Of a stretch of DNA of 64,000 nucleotides, positions 11,986 through 25,254 are shown piece after piece. The position numbers were made by a program, and so were the translations under genes. The stretch is from contig CDPCPM010000180.1 in the NCBI GenBank assembly GCA_976551045.1, forward strand, positions 13,144,001 to 13,208,000, written 5' to 3'. The notes under the pieces were generated by a model. That model was not told the DNA's origin. It searched no databases and worked only from the letters and a program-made list of their open reading frames with translations. Position 1 is the stretch's first letter. Each line of letters opens with the position of its first letter. This stretch comes from Glaucostegus cemiculus (Eukaryota).

Positions 11986-13982
11986 ATGTCAAATGAATGG
12001 ATATGTTCTTTAAAACAAACAATATGGGGAATTTAAAGAATGTTACGAGAAACAATGTGATATGTAAAATAAAAATACAATGTGCCTGAATGAGAATGGG
12101 TCAGAAGAATAAAGCTCTCTGACAAATCTTCTCATATACAGAAATAGATGCTCATATACATTGGCACAAAATGGATTGAGCAACCAAAATTCCTGCAGGA
12201 CATCTTTAAGAATGCAGCATCCTGGAATGCTAAATCATTGGAAATGCCTTTCATGTGTTACTTATAGGATGCATAAATGAAAAGCTTGGAAATTTAGTCA
12301 AGGATGCAATAAAATAAAAATTGCTAATTAAGTTGAAGAGGGTTACAAGGATCATGTCAGTAGATTCCTGTTCTTTATCCAGGACCACCATCAGTTCCTG
12401 CTCATTCTGTAACTTGCACCTTGCAATTGACCCAGATTTACACCTACACTCCCTGGAGTGGATGTACCTCTGCTGGTGTTTGTGACAGTTTTCAAAACCC
12501 TTTTCAATCAATACATTTCCACTTCCTTTAGATCATTTCAATGTTGATGGCCTATGGATTACTGTCTGTTGCCTTGCATGCTCGGTTATTTTTTTGAACT
12601 TTTGTTCTGTTTTATGAGAATTGGCCTGTTTGCATTGTGTGTTTATTTGTCTGGATGTAGATTTGTTCCTATGGAGCAGAGCAGAATGTTGTCTTCCCTA
12701 GGCATTTATCTTGCACATTAAGATTCATCAATGTTCTGGTGAAATATACATTCCTCATCAAATTTTCCCTTGTAATTCAAACACACCCAAGAAGAACATG
12801 CATACTGGTGAAAAATGTGTTTGCTGCTAGGTGTTAAGAGGTTCATTTCCTTTCTAGTTAATATGCTAAACAGTGATAACCATTGCCCTGTTATAATTGA
12901 GTGAAAACCATTCACTAACTTGATGAATGGTGGTCTTTTCACTAAAACGAACAAACACATCAAGAAGAACAAGACACAAAGCACATCGGGCATGTGACAC
13001 AGTTGCTGCATATTGTAATATTCTATTTAGCATTCCTTTCGAGTTACCCTGGCCAGATTAGTATGCAGTTGACAAATGCAGCAAACTGCGGACCAGCAAA
13101 ATAGCAAATTAGTCAGGAATTGAATTACAGGAGCCTCAAGCTTCTCTTAATTATCCAGAAGCACCATTAAAGTAGTTCAACAGCATGACCTGACTAATTC
13201 AGAGATGAAAAGAAGTTGGCAACACTGATGGCAGAGTTGTTCTGTCTGCAAACCACTGGTTACTAGTTATGGTCCAGAGTTGAGACACCGACTCAACCAA
13301 TCACACACATTGGAGAGATTACAATGAACCCAAAGTGGATTTTGAGTCCAGATGTACTAGAATTCAAGATCAGTTTATGTCCAGTTTTCATGCTGATAAG
13401 AACAGTTCGGCCAAGTACTTGAAAATTGTTGGATCTTTGTTCCTTTGAAAGAGCAAGGAATCATTTAGTTGGCTTTCAATACAAAGGAATAGTCTCCGTG
13501 TAAGTTTTATTATAATATGTCAATTCAGTTCAATGGCTTTTGCATTTAGTTCTGAATACATAACTAAAACACTTCATCAAAGAAGCATAATGTATCACAA
13601 CTCACAAGGAGGATATATGGCCCATTGAGTTTGTGCTAGGTCTCTACTAGAATAATCCAGCCCAGCTCCTGCTTTATATCCCTGCAATCTCTTCTCCCTG
13701 AACTCCCTTTAGGAAGGCAAGATTGAATATGTTTCTAAAAAGCCTAAGATATTTGAAAAGTCCCTATATATATGTAAATTAACTTTTCAAAAATTTTGAT
13801 GGGATTTTGTATCCATTCTTGAAGGTTTGCAATGTGTAATGATCTTAGTTAAGACAAACTAATTAAGAAATGACCTAAAATCTATTATTGCCATGAATGC
13901 TTATTGAGAAACAAAGGTGGTCTGCAACATTCCTCAGAAGCTAATGCAATGGAAGTATTTGTAGGTGATCAACCTATAGGGA

Positions 13983-14047
13983 GTGCTGCTGCAATATAAC
14001 AAATTTCACGTCATATGTCAGTGATAATAAATTTGATTCTAATTCTG
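13983..14047 (+). mobile_element. Very short Rex1/Babar tail
   Basis: ACAAATTTCACGTCATATGTCAGTGATAA is identical to 11722-11750, followed by TAAATTTGATTCTAATTCTGA. Confidence 0.75.
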
Positions 14048-14429
14048 AAGTGAGGAGAAAATGTGAAAATCAGCTATGACAATGCAATATTTCATTGTAG
14101 TTGAAGTAACTCGGACATCATGAATTGAAGATTTCAAGAGATATCCGTTGCCACCAGATAGAAATTCCTATCATTCCACCTTGTATCTTCAGGTGCTGAT
14201 ACCTCTAGCTGTCAATGATCAAAGCAGACCTAGTTCACAGTCAACGTCAGGACAGGTGGGATTGAGAGAGAGGGCTGGTTGGGGTGTGCACGTATGTGCC
14301 TGTGCCATCTGTTACAAAAACATCTGAAGGCCCCATGGGGATGGCACTGCACATACGCGCACAAATCGTAAGTGGCCTCAAGTTTTGCATTCTAACTTTG
14401 ATATATATTAGGCTCATCTAACAACATGG

Positions 14430-14635
14430 AGAGTCAAGAGACTGCAGATCCTGGAATATGGAACAAAAAACAATCTGCTGGAGGAATTCAGAGGGTCAAG
14501 CAGCATCCACGGAGGTGAATGGAATTGTTAATGTTTTGGCTAGTAATGCAGGGTCTTGACCCGAAACGCCAACAATTCTTTTCAGCTTCACAGATACTGA
14601 TCGACCCGTTGAATTTCTCCAGCAGTTTGTTTTTT
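14430..14635. mobile_element. Inverted pair of PLE terminal-repeat fragments
   Basis: Arms of about 75 bp (AAAAACAATCTGCTGGAGGAATTCAG.. / ..TTGAATTTCTCCAGCAGTTTGTTTTT) homologous to 8460-8545; centre GGGTCTTGACCCGAAACG. Confidence 0.8.
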
Positions 14636-16386
14636 AATCTAACAACTTCTTCCTCTGGCACTGCCAACACTGATTTCCAACTCAATAAGAGCAATGAGCA
14701 GAAGATAATTGAATTTACTCTTCTTGCTGCACATAGAAATAAAAGCACTTGCAGAAATCAGCAAAATATATGTACATCTTCAGAGCCACTCTCTGTACCC
14801 TTAAGTTGGTTTTCAGAATGTGTCCTGATAGAGGGAACAATTGATAGTCCATTTTGAACCAGTGCTTTGTTTGCAAGATTTTTATCAAATGTTCATGTGG
14901 ATTGGTGATTAATTTGTAGCAGTGAGAGAGAAGATGGTCACAGTGCAAGAGCAGAATGATATTTTTGTTGAGTATGCAGGAGGCCCACTACTCCACTTAC
15001 CAAACATGCATATAAAAATAGTGCCAAGTGGCATCTTCCAAGGGAGTCAAGAACTTATAGTCTCTGATTATTCCATGGTTTACCTCACCCCTGGAGTATC
15101 GTACAAAGCTTGGTGTGCTGACAGATGTAAGCTGAAAGATGGCGCAATCTCTAGTATAACCTGTAGATCAGTTTGTCACCAAGTATCATGCAGTTGGGAT
15201 GTATCATTAGTGATTGTGCAGTAGAAATCCACTAAAGGTATCAGTGCACCAGCATTTTCAGTTAAAAGTTACGATTAAATTCTAAGTTTACCTACTGTAC
15301 TTTGGCATTTTCTGACAGACTACATGGAGCAGTTCAAGGCATGCCTGCTTAGCTTGTCTGCCTGGCAATTGGCACTGCCATGCAAAAATACTTAGGCAGA
15401 CAATTTGAAAGATTTGGCATTCTATTCTCCCTTTATTCCCAAGGCCTACAAATACTCATCATTCTAATGCTTGGTTTCCACTTTCTACCAAGCATGCTGC
15501 TCTTCCAAACACATCAACCTTCCTCCCACCTAACTCATGCATCAAAGCTTGCACCTCCCCATTGATAGAAGATCAAGCACTATGACACTGTCATTCCATT
15601 TACTCTATTCAAAGTTGTTTCGCCTTGTGGTTCTTCTCAGCAGTATTTTAATTGGTTTCCATAGATGAGGTTAAAAAAGAGACTGCTTTAGTTGTATCTA
15701 TTTATACTCCCCCGAGGAGACAATTTACCTTTGATTAAAAGCATTTACCTTGGGGCTGCTGCTATGGGAAAACCGAACAGAAAATGACATTGTAGCAGGT
15801 GGATGCTCCAATACTAACCTTGGTGACCTCAGCCTTCCCATCAGCAGTGCCAGCCTGGGCTCAATAAGCAGCTCCAATGAAATGTTGATTCCCATGAGAT
15901 TGTTCATTGCTCCTACTATCACTACCCACATGTGGGGCAACCTTGATAATCACTTGGAAAACATTTTGATGCTTGTTAAAGTAGGAAGTCAGGGCAGTAA
16001 AGTTGGATCATTTCAGTTGATCTCTTAATTTATAGCATCAGTGAATTAAGCTTTGTAAAGATTTGTATTTGAGCAGTAAACATAAAATACCACTGATATC
16101 TCAGGAATTCTACCAACTGCATTTGGATTATGATTCTCCCTGAGGATCAGTACCACTCAGTATCACAGGTTACTGTTGCCCTTTGGCTTATACATAGAAT
16201 GTATTCTTGTGCATAGATATATAGAATGGATAGAATGTGTAAGAGTGGATTTTGACATGAAACCAAATGATTAATTTAGATGCCATTATAAATTGTCATA
16301 GGGCCATAAGCAGAGAAATGGATCTTTGGCCTACCATGTCTATGCAGACTATTAATCTATACTTATCCCATGAAACTGATGTTCAT

Positions 16387-16520
16387 CAAAAAACAAACTG
16401 CTGGAGGAATTCAGCAGGTTTAGCAGCATCTGTGGAGGCAAAGGGATAATCCACATTTTGGGTTGTGACTGATGCAGGGTCTTGTGCTCCAGATTCCAGC
16501 ATCTGCAGTCTCTTATGTCT
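16387..16520. mobile_element. Inverted PLE terminal-repeat fragments
   Basis: CAAACTGCTGGAGGAATTCAGCAGG..GCAGCATCTGTGG (minus copy), then CTGATGCAGGGTCT and CCAGATTCCAGCATCTGCAGTCTCTT (plus copy). Confidence 0.7.
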
Positions 16521-18099
16521 GCAGACTGATGTTCCTGTTACTTTTAATTCATGAATTAAACTATTGCTATTAGTCCTTGACTACTCTTCCAATATTTTAA
16601 AGATTACTGAAGAGAAAAGTATTTCTGATACCTGGGTTAAATGATAAAATTATCACAGCACCTTACACAAAAGCTTTTTTTTCGTACAGTAAATTGCAAC
16701 AAAATAGATCACCACCTGCTATTAAAATGGGGGCAGGACCATGCATTTTAAGTTATGTTTTGAATATTTGTAATACTTAATTGAAATTGTTGCTTTGTCC
16801 CAATTTTGTTTTAAGTATATTTTATAAAGACTATGAAAGGCCCCTTCAGAGTCTCACATTGAGAGTGTTTATTTAACATTAATAGCAACTGCTGCTCAAA
16901 GCACGACACTAATAATCTCCCTCCTGTTGTAAATTAGTCTACGTGGAGAAGGCTGACACAATTATAATATCATTAGAAGTGCTTGTAATTAAAAAAAAAT
17001 ATAATCAAATGAGATACAATTTGATTGTAAATTACAATGGGAGGGTCACTGTGGTCACCACACCAGGCCTGAGATTTGTGTAGTCTCAAAATTATGCTGG
17101 CACACAAGCTACTACATGAATAAGCCAATAGACTCTAAAGCTTTGATAGAAGAGTTGGATGAAGGCCAACTATATAATTTCACATTAACATTTGCTTAAT
17201 TGCCGTCACATCCTCAGAGGCTAAGAAATGCTTTAACAGCTCAAATGACTCTGAGGCTGCCTAGTACAGACATTTGTGGATCTCAAAGGAGAGCGCATTT
17301 AGTTCTAAAGTGAAATGATGAGAGGATTCTGTGTACTACAAAAGGCTGACTTTGCTCTGATTTGCTGGAGTATACATTGTTGCCGCAAGCTTTCTCCTTA
17401 GGATTCTTGTGAGTTATTGGTTTTGACAATGCAGACTGGTGAAACATGCTTCATATAAACACAGGGCAAAAGAGTAAGAACCAGCCCAGAGTAATGTATT
17501 GTGGAGTATTTAATACATCAAAAATGTGGTTGAGAGTGAGAGAGATTGTCCACAATCACATGTATTACGGTTGAGATTAGCAAGCAAATAGTCCTGGGAA
17601 GTTGAAAAGAGTAATTCTTTGATGTGTCTGACGTAAAACCATTTATTCTCCAGTCAGTCTGGGATACAAGGCAAGATGTTCCTAATAAAACCTGTTGTCC
17701 CCAACATAAAAATCTTACTTCAAGCTAAGTCAACTCTAATTTATTTAGCTTTGTTACATGTCAACATCTATCTTGGACTTCAAATAATTTTAACAATACT
17801 AGAAAAACTGGGAATGTTTGAGTACTTAGTGCAGATTACAGTACATTTCATTAACACTTTCCTATGGAAAATCATTAGGGATTTCTTACTTGTGGTAAGA
17901 GGGAGAACAAATTCTGCCAAATTTCCTGTAATATTGTACAAAGAAATACATAAAATTGGTAAATTACTTTGTGTAATCTTTTTCTCCTCAGGATTGAAGG
18001 TAATTTAATTCCACTCCCATTTTCTGTGTTCCATGGTGACTGCTGAGGCCAATGTGGGAAACGTAAACTCTTCCACAAGTGATGTTAGCTCATGGCATC

Positions 18100-19830
18100 A
18101 GGTCGTGAGTAGTTTATAAGGTGGTGCACCCCCATTGCAGTTTAAATGGTGCTTCTGTTTGCTTCCCAACGCATGGAATTGAGGTCTCAATACCATCCCA
18201 AATATTCCTTCTCCACCTTGAGTGGTCATCAGCCAGGGATTCCCAAGAGTCAGTGAGAATGTTGCTTTCTTTTTCCAAGGAAACTTTGAGCACATTCTTG
18301 AATATTTTCCTCTGTAATCTCTAGTAATCTCTTTCCATGAAGAGCTCAAAATATAGTGTCTATTTTGGGAGTCTGGTATCAGGCGTGCAAATGATGTGAC
18401 CTGCCCAATGGAATTGACTAAATATAACTAGGGCCTCAGTGCTGGGGATGTTGGCCTAGGAGAGGACGCTGACATTGGTTCACGTAATCTTACAGTGAGT
18501 TTGAAGGATTTTGCGGAGACAGCATTAGTGATATTTTTCCAATGCTTTGTGGTGCTTCCTGTGGATGGTGAAGCATACAGGGGGGCAGTGAAGATCATGT
18601 CCACTGTGCCTCAGGACAGATAGAATCCATACTGTAATTTGGGGAGTAGTTCAACCACTGAGAGAAGGCAGCTGGGTCATAGCCTGACAATGACTTTCCC
18701 AGTAGCAGAAAGCAGGGACACCCCACTGCAGTTACCACTATTGGACATGTCTCCTTTCTTGAAGATGTTCTTGATTATGGCATCTGAAGTCCCCTAGAAT
18801 AGCCTTCTCTTCCCATATTTGGATGGTGAGGCCACAGAATTGAGACTTGAGTCTTAGGAATTCAGCAGGGATGCCATCTACTCTTCAGGCCTTGTCATTT
18901 TTGTGTTGAGATGTGGTCTTCTCAACATCTTGTCAATCAGGTAGTTGCATCAAGGCTGGTCCGGAATGGATGCTGTGGGATGGACCCCAAGGGTTTAGGG
19001 CAAGGACAGTGTCACAGTTGAGGAGGTCTTCACAGCCCCTCCATCCTTGCTAAGTTTACCCCTATTTCTGACTGCCTTGGATGACAGGGGCGTCTTGATA
19101 GTGCTGGAGGATATGTCATGGCTATTGACAAGTGTCCTCCTTCACTTTCTCCATTCACTACCTGTCCTTTCTGTTGTTGGTTTTCTGCCCTTCAAATGCC
19201 CCTAGACCTGTTTCTTTACCTTTTGAATAAATGTGAAGATTCTAATCCTGGAACAGTTTACTATTCATTGTCTCACTAATCTCCTGGCAATTCTCATCAA
19301 ACCAGTCCTGGTTCTTCTTGTTGGAGAAGTCAAGAGTCTCTTTGCAGCTGTCATTTACAGCAGACCTCATGGCAGCCCATAAACTGTAGATGGTCTGCGG
19401 CTCCTATTGGTTGGCAGTTAACAGGCTGTCTGTGAGTGATGTCAGAAAAGCTGCTTTTGTTTGATCCTTGACATTGACCTTCTTATAACAATGTTTCTGT
19501 TGACATTGACGATTTGGGGCCGGGTTGATGGAGATAATAGAGTGGATTAGGTGGTGGTCAGTCTATTAGTCATCATGTCTATCATGGCCAGGTGTTGTAA
19601 ACACCATTGTGGTCTCTTGCTCTTGTGATGTATTCTAACAGGTGTCAGTGCTTGGACCAGGAGTATTGCCAGAACATCCTGTGCATTGACTTGAAGCATT
19701 TAACCAAGAGAAGGACCCCACAGGAGTTGGCCTCCCCTACACCTTCCTTGCCAAACCTGTTTTGCATGAGGATTATGTCCTTTCCCACTCTTGGATCAGT
19801 GTTGCCGAGAGAGATCAGTTTGTCTTCCTT
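18100..19830 (-). mobile_element. RTE-clade LINE remnant (endonuclease end, RT start, C-terminus; large internal deletion)
   Basis: Minus-strand peptides GKEGVGEAN, DHHLI, KKNQDWFDENCQEI, DGIPAE, IFKKGD..N..GVSLLSATGKV, CLRKILQ, NVSVL.QANIPS, WAGHII..PDTRLPK. Confidence 0.8.
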
Positions 19831-22229
19831 TGGCCTATTATTGTTAATTATATCATTTTGTATTATTCACATGTATTTCTTCCTTCTGTGATACTTTTGC
19901 TGTAATATGGTGATAGATAAATCACCAGCAGATTTAGGATGCTGTGAGCCTAGGATAAGTATCAAACACTACGCCAAAGGTTCTCAGCTACCAGTGAGCA
20001 GCACCACAGGCTACTTGTGATGCAAGAAACCAAAACACTCAGTGTTCAGTTTCTTCATTTGATTTTGGTGAGTCTGCTATTAATGTTGCAAATGTGATGC
20101 TTGGTCCTTAACTGTTATTGGAGTTGACAGCAGTTTATCCTCACGCATGTAATGATGATGGTTGCTCTTGCCTTCAGGCATATCACTGTCTTCCACTGGT
20201 TCTTTATCTTCAGAACTGCTGTCGTGGAGCAACCTTGTGTTACTTATGGTGCAGGAAACCCCTAACCTGTTGACCATGAATAAAACATTGATGCCCCTCT
20301 TGTTCTTTTTCTTGAGATCACTAAGGGATGTCATTAGCATATCTCCTCATATGCTATTTACTGCTATGGGTACTTGGAGTACATCTTCTTAGGCAGTGGT
20401 GAATTTCTTCAATGATGTCTTTGCCAAGTGGTGGAAAAGTGACATGTGGGTGTGAACCACACTTTCCAGCATCTCGTCATGAACTTTCATTGTCAGAGGA
20501 TAGTATGGTACACTGGGGGCTAGTTGTAGGGGATCTTCATCTTACAGGTATTGAGTGGAAGGCACATTCTCTTGTAAAGGAGCCAACAATGTTTTGAAAC
20601 CCAGGCTCTGAACGTGTACAAATGCAAGCACACTGCAGCTCAGTTGCCGAGGTCCAGATGACCCTGGTTCAGCAGTGTAGTCACTATAGACTGACCAAGT
20701 TCCCAGTAGTTCTGAAAATTGGATCCCCTTCCACAGGAGGTTTGGTGGAGGTGAGGTGCAATGTTGGAGTGAGAAGGACTGAGTTAAGTATTGGGGCAAT
20801 GATATAACCTGTTATGGTCACACAATGAAAACCATTTTCAGAATCTAACCCGTAGTCTTAGTTCAGAGCAGATCCTTTCTCATAGTAATTGCTATTATTT
20901 TATGCACCTAATACCTTTTTAGAAGGACAATAGTGATTGTACATTTAACTGAAATATTCAAGGAAAGCTCATTGTAGTTTCAGTTCATGTAAATTCTACT
21001 GCATTATACTAAAACCTTTCTGTAATACCTGTTATGTATTGCACTTTGAGATACAATGTGAGGGAAATTGAGAAAAAGTACTGAGCTTGTGCATATTAAA
21101 AAACTCAAAGGATATAGCTTGTGGGTGAAAGAAAATAATATCATCAGCAATGCTTAATGTAATATTTTAAAAGTTGGAAATCTACTTATCACTGTTTCCC
21201 TTGCTTATGTATTCTCTCTGTTTTCTTGATGTTTCTAAATTTCCATATCCATGACTTAAGGGAAAAACAGCAATATGCCATTCAAAATATCATTCTGTCC
21301 ATTGATATCAATGGCATGACAAATTTAGGCTCCCAGGTATGAATTTATTGCTGGCCAGATGGCACTATGACAGGTCTGATCCCAAAATTTATGTAAAAAA
21401 TATAGATTAATTTCAAAAATAGTGAACTTCTTATTTCTATTCTCATGCACAATGTTATCCAGTGTCAAGAAATATTGGAAAATTGTGCAGGAGCAGAAAA
21501 ATATTGCCTGTGGTAGACACTGAAAATACCATTAACCTTAATTTGTGATAATCTCCTCATACACCAAAGAGAAATTTATGTTTGGCAATAACGTTTTACT
21601 CCCCAATGTGGACTGCCTGAGTGTTATTGCTTAAGAGGAGGTGGCAAAGTCACACAATAAGTGATTTAATGCAGTAATTGATGCCTTAAACCTTTCAAAA
21701 TAGATTTATTTTGAGTCAAAATGTTTATGTTAAAACTGATAATATACGAGAAAAATTGATGGAAATGAATCCTACAATAAGAAAAGGGTGCACACAATGT
21801 AAGTAAAAAGTAATTTGAAACTTCATCTGAAAGTGGCATGGCAAACAAGTATGAGCTACAAAACGAAAACACCAGTTTTCAACAGAATATGTACCACAGA
21901 GGATTAACTATTGCCCAGTTTGGAGAAAAAGAACAACAGGGTAATTTTGGATAAAGTGTAATATTGTTCAGTATTAGATTGGCTGCTTGTGATATATATC
22001 TTTGAAATTTAATTTCTATTTAAATCAAATGAGTGCAGTGAGGCAAAAAGATCCCTATACTCACATTATCAAAGATTATGAATTTGTATTTGTATGTCAA
22101 CCTTGGGGATTAAATCCAAGAGTGTAACTGTCTACAAAGTGGCCCCCAAGTGAAAAGTATGAGGAGGATTCAGTCCCTTAGTTCTTCTATCAACATGACT
22201 CCATATTCCTAGCTGCCAAAAGCAGTGAT

Positions 22230-22650
22230 TCTCTGTCCATCTTCCACTTTGACCTCCTGGTTCTTGACCATCTGTTCCAATGAAGCTCAATGATTAGTAC
22301 CCACCTTCTAAACAGGCATATTGCAGCCTCTCATGTTTAACTCAACAATTTCAGATAATCATCAATTCCACTTTTTTTTTGCTTCAGACTTCCAGTATTC
22401 ACAGTACTTTCCTCAGATAATTTCAGAAACCAATTCTATTTCCTCAGTCACACCTGCAGACTGACAATTTGTTTCTGTTCCTGTCCCATTATCACTCTCT
22501 TCCACTTTGCACCATCATCACTTTTGTCATTAATTTCTCCTGTGTTTGTGCCTTTAGTAGATCTCCCTATCAGTGTCTTCTCACTCCTCTTCTCTGCTTA
22601 TTCAAACTAGCTTTTTAACACTTCAAAGTCAAAGAAGGAGAGAGATTTTC
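22230..22650 (+). mobile_element. Heavily decayed PLE 3' end
   Basis: TTGCAGCCTC..CAACAATTTCAGATAA resembles the PLE GIY-YIG C-terminus (LQP..NNFR*), followed by pyrimidine-rich UTR. Confidence 0.4.
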
Positions 22651-22928
22651 AGGATAATAATGAGGATAAATGATAAAGATGATTCAAGTAAGGAGTATGA
22701 TGAAGATAAGGAGATAATGAAGGCAAAGACGTTGATCAAGGGTGAAATGACCCCAGCTGTAAAACAGCAAGCAATAGATTAATATTTCTACTCCTCGAAC
22801 AACAGCTTTGAGGCTCAAAAGCTGCAGGGGAACAGGACCCATCAAACTCAACCTCAACTACTGTGGGCTGTGATGTATTCTGTTTTTAACTCATTCAGGA
22901 TGGCACCATACTATGAGATCAGGCAGGG

Positions 22929-23923
22929 CTATGGATCTGCTCGACACTTGAACTGTGTTGTCCCACGTGACCATTGAACTGTGTGGATCCACCTAACCAT
23001 AACACTGCACGGGTCTACCCGACCTTTGAACTCTGCAGATCTCTCTTTTGGGAAGACGATGAGGGTAGGACTTTCACAATGAATGGTAGAGGCTTGGGGA
23101 ATGTGGTAGAACAGTGGGACCTCAGAGTACATGTACATGGATCCCTGAAAGTGGTGTCACAGGTAGACAGAGTGGTGAAGAAGGCTTTTGGCATGCTAGC
23201 CTTCATCAGTCAGGACACTGAATGTAGAAGTTAAGTTGTTGCAGTTGTACAAGATGGTGGTGAGGCTGCATTTAGATATTGTATTCAGTTTTGGTCACCC
23301 TGCTATAGGAAAGATGCAATTAAGCTGGAAAGGGTGCAGAGGAGATTTATGAGGATGTAGCTGGGACTCAAGGGACTGAATTATGGAGAGTGGTTCAGCA
23401 AGTTGGGATTTTTTCATTGGCCTGAGGGGTGATCTTATAGAGGTGTATAAAATCATGAGGGGCATAGATAGGGTCAATGCGGATAGTCTTTTTTCCCAGT
23501 GTTGGGGAATCAATAACTAGAGGGCATAGGTTTAACATGAGAGTGGAGAGATTTAATAGGAACCTGAGGGGCAATGTTTTCACCCAGAGAGTGGCCAGCA
23601 TATGGAATGAGCTGCCAGAGGAAGTGGTTGAGGCAGGAAAATTAACAACATTTAAGAGGTACTTGGAGGTAAGGTTTAGAGAGATATGAGCCAAACATGG
23701 GCAAATGAGAAAAGCTTAGATGGTAATCTTGGTCAGCATGGACTGAGGGGCCTGTTTCCGTGCTGTATGACTCTACCTGCCTGACAATAGAACTGTGAAG
23801 ATCCACCTGACTTTTGTATTATATGGATCTGCCTGATCATTGTACTGTGGGGATCACCTTGACCATAGATCTGTGGGGATCTCCTGATGGTTGAATTGTG
23901 TGGATCACCTGATGATTAAACTG
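22929..23923 (+). repeat. Degenerate 26-bp minisatellite (consensus about GAACTGTGTGGATCCACCTGACCATT), split by a CR1
   Basis: About 5 units at 22929-23042 and about 6 units at 23776-23923, with 25-26 bp spacing. Confidence 0.8.
23048..23775 (+). mobile_element. CR1 LINE 3' part
   Basis: DLRVHVHGSLKV..QVDRVVKKAFGMLAFI, TRGHRF, FTQRVASIWNELPEEVVEA; tail GGGCCTGTTTCCGTGCTGTATGACTCT. Confidence 0.9.
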
Positions 23924-24024
23924 GTTCATAGTGGAATGGTGAAGGCTGTTTATTTTAGACATTTTTAAACTGATCTTCACTTCCCACTGCTGCCCTGCTC
24001 AGCTCTGCCTCCTGGCTGGAAACT

Positions 24025-24288
24025 GAAGGGCCCAGGTTTAAAGTGAGAAGGGAAACTTTCTCACACAGAGGATGGTGAGTATATGGAATGAGCTGCCAGA
24101 GGAAATGGTAGAGGTGGGTGTAATTGCAACCTTTAAAAGGCACTTGGACAGGTACATGAATAGGAAAGGTTTAGAGGCATATGGGCCAAATGCAGGAAAA
24201 TGGGACCAGCTCAGTTTGGCAACTTGGTCAGCATGGACAAATTGGGCCAAAGCACCTGTTTCTGTGCTGTACAACTCTATGACTCTTT
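24025..24288 (+). mobile_element. CR1 LINE 3' end
   Basis: IWNELPEEMVE..TFKRHLDRYM; tail CTGTACAACTCTATGACTCT. Confidence 0.85.
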
Positions 24289-24504
24289 GACCTCTGCGCT
24301 AAAACACTATGGAAACTTCAGTCTCAGATCATGGCATCACTGGCAAGGTCCGATTTTGTTCCTCAATCCTAACTGCTGCTCAGAAAATGGTTCTTTTTGA
24401 GCTTCTATGGTACTGAGTCCCAAGGTGATGGTGACCATTAAGGAAAAACGAATGATGATCAATCATTTACACAGCGGTATGGGAAGAATTTTTTTTTTTT
24501 GCTC

Positions 24505-25122
24505 CCTATGTGTTTCATCTGGGTGCTCCAGTCTCCTCTTGTATTCCAAAGACACAAGTGAGAGAGGAGGATGAGAGGAGACATGATAGAGGTGTACAAA
24601 ATATTAAGAGGAATAGATAGAGTAGACAGCCAGCGCCTCTTTTCCAGGGCACCAATGCTCAATTAAAGAGGGCACAGCTTTGGGTGGGAAGTTCAAGGGA
24701 GATATCAGAGGAAGGTTTTTTACTCAGACAGTGGTTGGGGCATGGGATGTGCTGTCTGGGGCGGTGATGGAGGCAGGTACATTGGTCAAATTCAAGAGAT
24801 TACTAGAAAAGCATAGGGAGGAATTTAAAATCGAGGGATATGTAGGAGGAAGGGGTTAGATAGTCTTATGTTTAAAGGTCATCACAACATTGCGGGCCGA
24901 AGGGCCTGTTTTGTGCTGTACTGTTCTATGTTCTAAGTATATCAGTTAAAATGGCCAATATAAATTGCCTTTAATGTGTAGATGAGTGGTAGAATGTGGG
25001 GGAGTTGATGGGAATGTAGGAAGAAAAAAATGGAAGGAGTGTGATTAGTGTAAATGGGTGTTTGATGGTTGGCACGGATCTGATGGGCCAAAAGGCCTGT
25101 TTTTGTGTTGTGTCTCTCTATA
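24505..25122 (+). mobile_element. V-SINE/HE1-like SINE body with CR1-type tail, interrupted by a CR1
   Basis: GGGTGCTCCAGTCTCCTC..CCAAAGAC before the insertion; TAAATTGCC..TGTGTAGATGAGTGG..GATGGGCCAAAAGGCCTGT after it. Confidence 0.6.
24560..24935 (+). mobile_element. CR1 LINE 3' end, (GTTCTAT)n-tailed subfamily
   Basis: AGGATGAGAGGAGACATGATAGAGG..GGGCCGAAGGGCCTGT..TGTTCTATGTTCTA; closely similar to the reverse complement of 56741-57130. Confidence 0.88.
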
Positions 25123-25254
25123 TCTAGTTCAATCCAGGGGCAAGGCCAGAAGCAGATACTCTATCAAAGCTGAGAATCAATCACTTTTGAAAATTACTTT
25201 TTTGTTGCTGGATTCAGACTGACCCAGTTCTTCCAATATCAGCTGATACCAGTA

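Noticed and set aside
12340-12700. Possible decayed Penelope GIY-YIG remnant on the minus strand (also 3640-3960)
   Set aside because: Only a vague YIxT-like resemblance; too weak to call.
22929-23923. CRISPR-like array
   Set aside because: Contiguous degenerate units without unique spacers, eukaryotic context, no cas genes.
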